Below, in pieces: positions 62,934-64,000 of a stretch of DNA of 64,000 nt; position 1 is the stretch's first letter, and every line of letters begins with the position of its first letter. The position numbers were made by a program, and so were the translations under genes. The notes under the pieces were generated by a model. That model made no database searches and was not told the DNA's origin. It saw only the letters and a list, made by a program, of their open reading frames with translations. The DNA is from an uncultured archaeon (GTDB taxonomy: Archaea > Asgardarchaeota > Lokiarchaeia > Sigyniarchaeales > SOKP01), in assembly GCA_964486045.1 (NCBI GenBank), contig CAZALK010000004.1, positions 32,001-96,000 on the forward strand, read 5' to 3'.

Positions 62934-63869
62934 CTATTTTGAAATACCTAAAAGCTTTGCTGCATTATTACCTAAAATAGCTTTGACTTCCTCTTCTGTG
63001 AATTTTATTCCTTTAGGTGCGTTCTTCGGAAGGTTTTTAATTAGTTGAATATAATCCTTGGTTGGAATAACTATATCATAAACGGGTCCATCTGAGGCGA
63101 ACAATACTTTTTCCAATCCTGCGTAGTCTATTAAATCCCTTAATTCTCTACAGAATAATTCATATTTGCCGAATGCATAAGCCTGCCACATAGCCATATC
63201 TCCATATAAATTAGGATAAAATGCGGCGAGTGCTGCCCACTCCCTCCATCCGGGTGGACTACCCATATGAGCTCCAATGATCTTTAAGGAAGGGAGTTTA
63301 TTTGATGTTTCTGAGAGTAGAATTGGTTCAGTATATTTACATTGAGCAGGAGGTCCTAATGGTCCTGTATGGGTAAGTAAAATTCCCTCCTTTTTCTCCA
63401 AATATTTCAAAATTTTGATTGATTCTGGACTATTTGGATCGTATCCACTATCGCAGTGGTATTTCAACCCTTTCATCCCATATTCTTCAAAACATTGCTT
63501 CAACATGTCTAATGCGTTTTCTCTCCTTGGGTCGATTCCTGCAAAAGCCATTAAACGATCGGGATGTTTATTCGCTATATCTGCAATTCTTTTATTTAGC
63601 ATCTGAGCGATTTCCTCAGTCATCGCTTCATTATCTGCATTATCTACAGTATTTACGCATGTGAAATCAATACCGGCTTCATTCATCCATTTAATTAATT
63701 TTTCCCCGGTAACATCTGGATATCGTTCAGCACCTCTACGGGCTAAGGACTCCTCATCGATTTTTATCCCGGCCGCCTTAGCCAATCTAGATCTCTCTCC
63801 CATATTCCCCAATAAATCTTTATATTCTATCTGGTACGGACTTAGGTGATAATGCACATCAATAATCAT
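62934..63869 (-). CDS. Amidohydrolase-2 family protein
   Basis: IIDVHYH, GLK, HTG, AHMG, FASDGP, ILGNNA. Confidence 0.9.
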   Translation of the reverse strand: MIIDVHYHLSPYQIEYKDLLGNMGERSRLAKAAGIKIDEESLARRGAERYPDVTGEKLIKWMNEAGIDFTCVNTVDNADNEAMTEEIAQMLNKRIADIANKHPDRLMAFAGIDPRRENALDMLKQCFEEYGMKGLKYHCDSGYDPNSPESIKILKYLEKKEGILLTHTGPLGPPAQCKYTEPILLSETSNKLPSLKIIGAHMGSPPGWREWAALAAFYPNLYGDMAMWQAYAFGKYELFCRELRDLIDYAGLEKVLFASDGPVYDIVIPTKDYIQLIKNLPKNAPKGIKFTEEEVKAILGNNAAKLLGISK

Positions 63870-64000
63870 TTTTTTCCCTCTTTCTTATAATTTCCATTTT
63901 ATCCTTTAATTCTTATACAATATCATTATTTTAGAATAAAAAAACTTTTTGAGAATCAAATATTTGATTTTTTAAGTTGCTATGTTGAATCAAATTGACT

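Noticed and set aside
2703-63849. Short ORFs antisense to or nested in long genes (e.g. 2703-2915, 9042-9266, 11087-11383, 38006-38269, 52563-52919, 60321-60653, 61925-62260) and 44379-44561, 52007-52213, 57976-58257
   Set aside because: Shadow or low-complexity ORFs with no recognisable motifs
1-64000. tRNA/rRNA genes, IS elements, provirus
   Set aside because: No cloverleaf or rRNA-like GC-rich tracts, transposase, integrase or virion genes recognised by eye

Overview
AT-rich prokaryotic window, most likely from an Asgard archaeon (Lokiarchaeia-like). This is an inference from a Loki-CTERM-type sorting tail, an archaeal AOR/ferredoxin pair, archaeal TA families and a DUF6293/CARF-wHTH regulator. 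The window has two parts. (1) About 1-36 kb is a defence-rich accessory island: OLD-family nuclease, Septu-like ATPase/HNH pair, several HEPN and PIN proteins, an NTPase-DUF4268 protein, YhaN/YhaO-like SMC/nuclease pair, GIY-YIG, MjaI-type R-M and TA pairs, with many pseudogenes. It is cut into modules by about 20 copies of a short site. The complete form is a dyad, CGTGAAA-TAACCG-TTTCACG (642-661). Almost every other copy keeps only the 6-bp spacer and the right arm TTTCACG, and the spacer largely alternates between TAACCG and its reverse complement CGGTTA. Sites sit at gene 3' ends, two genes take their stop codon from the arm, and three gene-free linkers are 137-139 bp long. This looks like a polar, integron- or pdif-like cassette array for a tyrosine recombinase, although no recombinase is encoded in the window. 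It is the best candidate for a new system. (2) About 37-64 kb holds mostly metabolic and regulatory accessory genes, local duplications, and a mosaic membrane protein that starts with a bacterial EF-Tu N-terminal peptide. No rRNA, tRNA, CRISPR array or transposase was recognised. All calls were made by eye from motifs; no searches were run.
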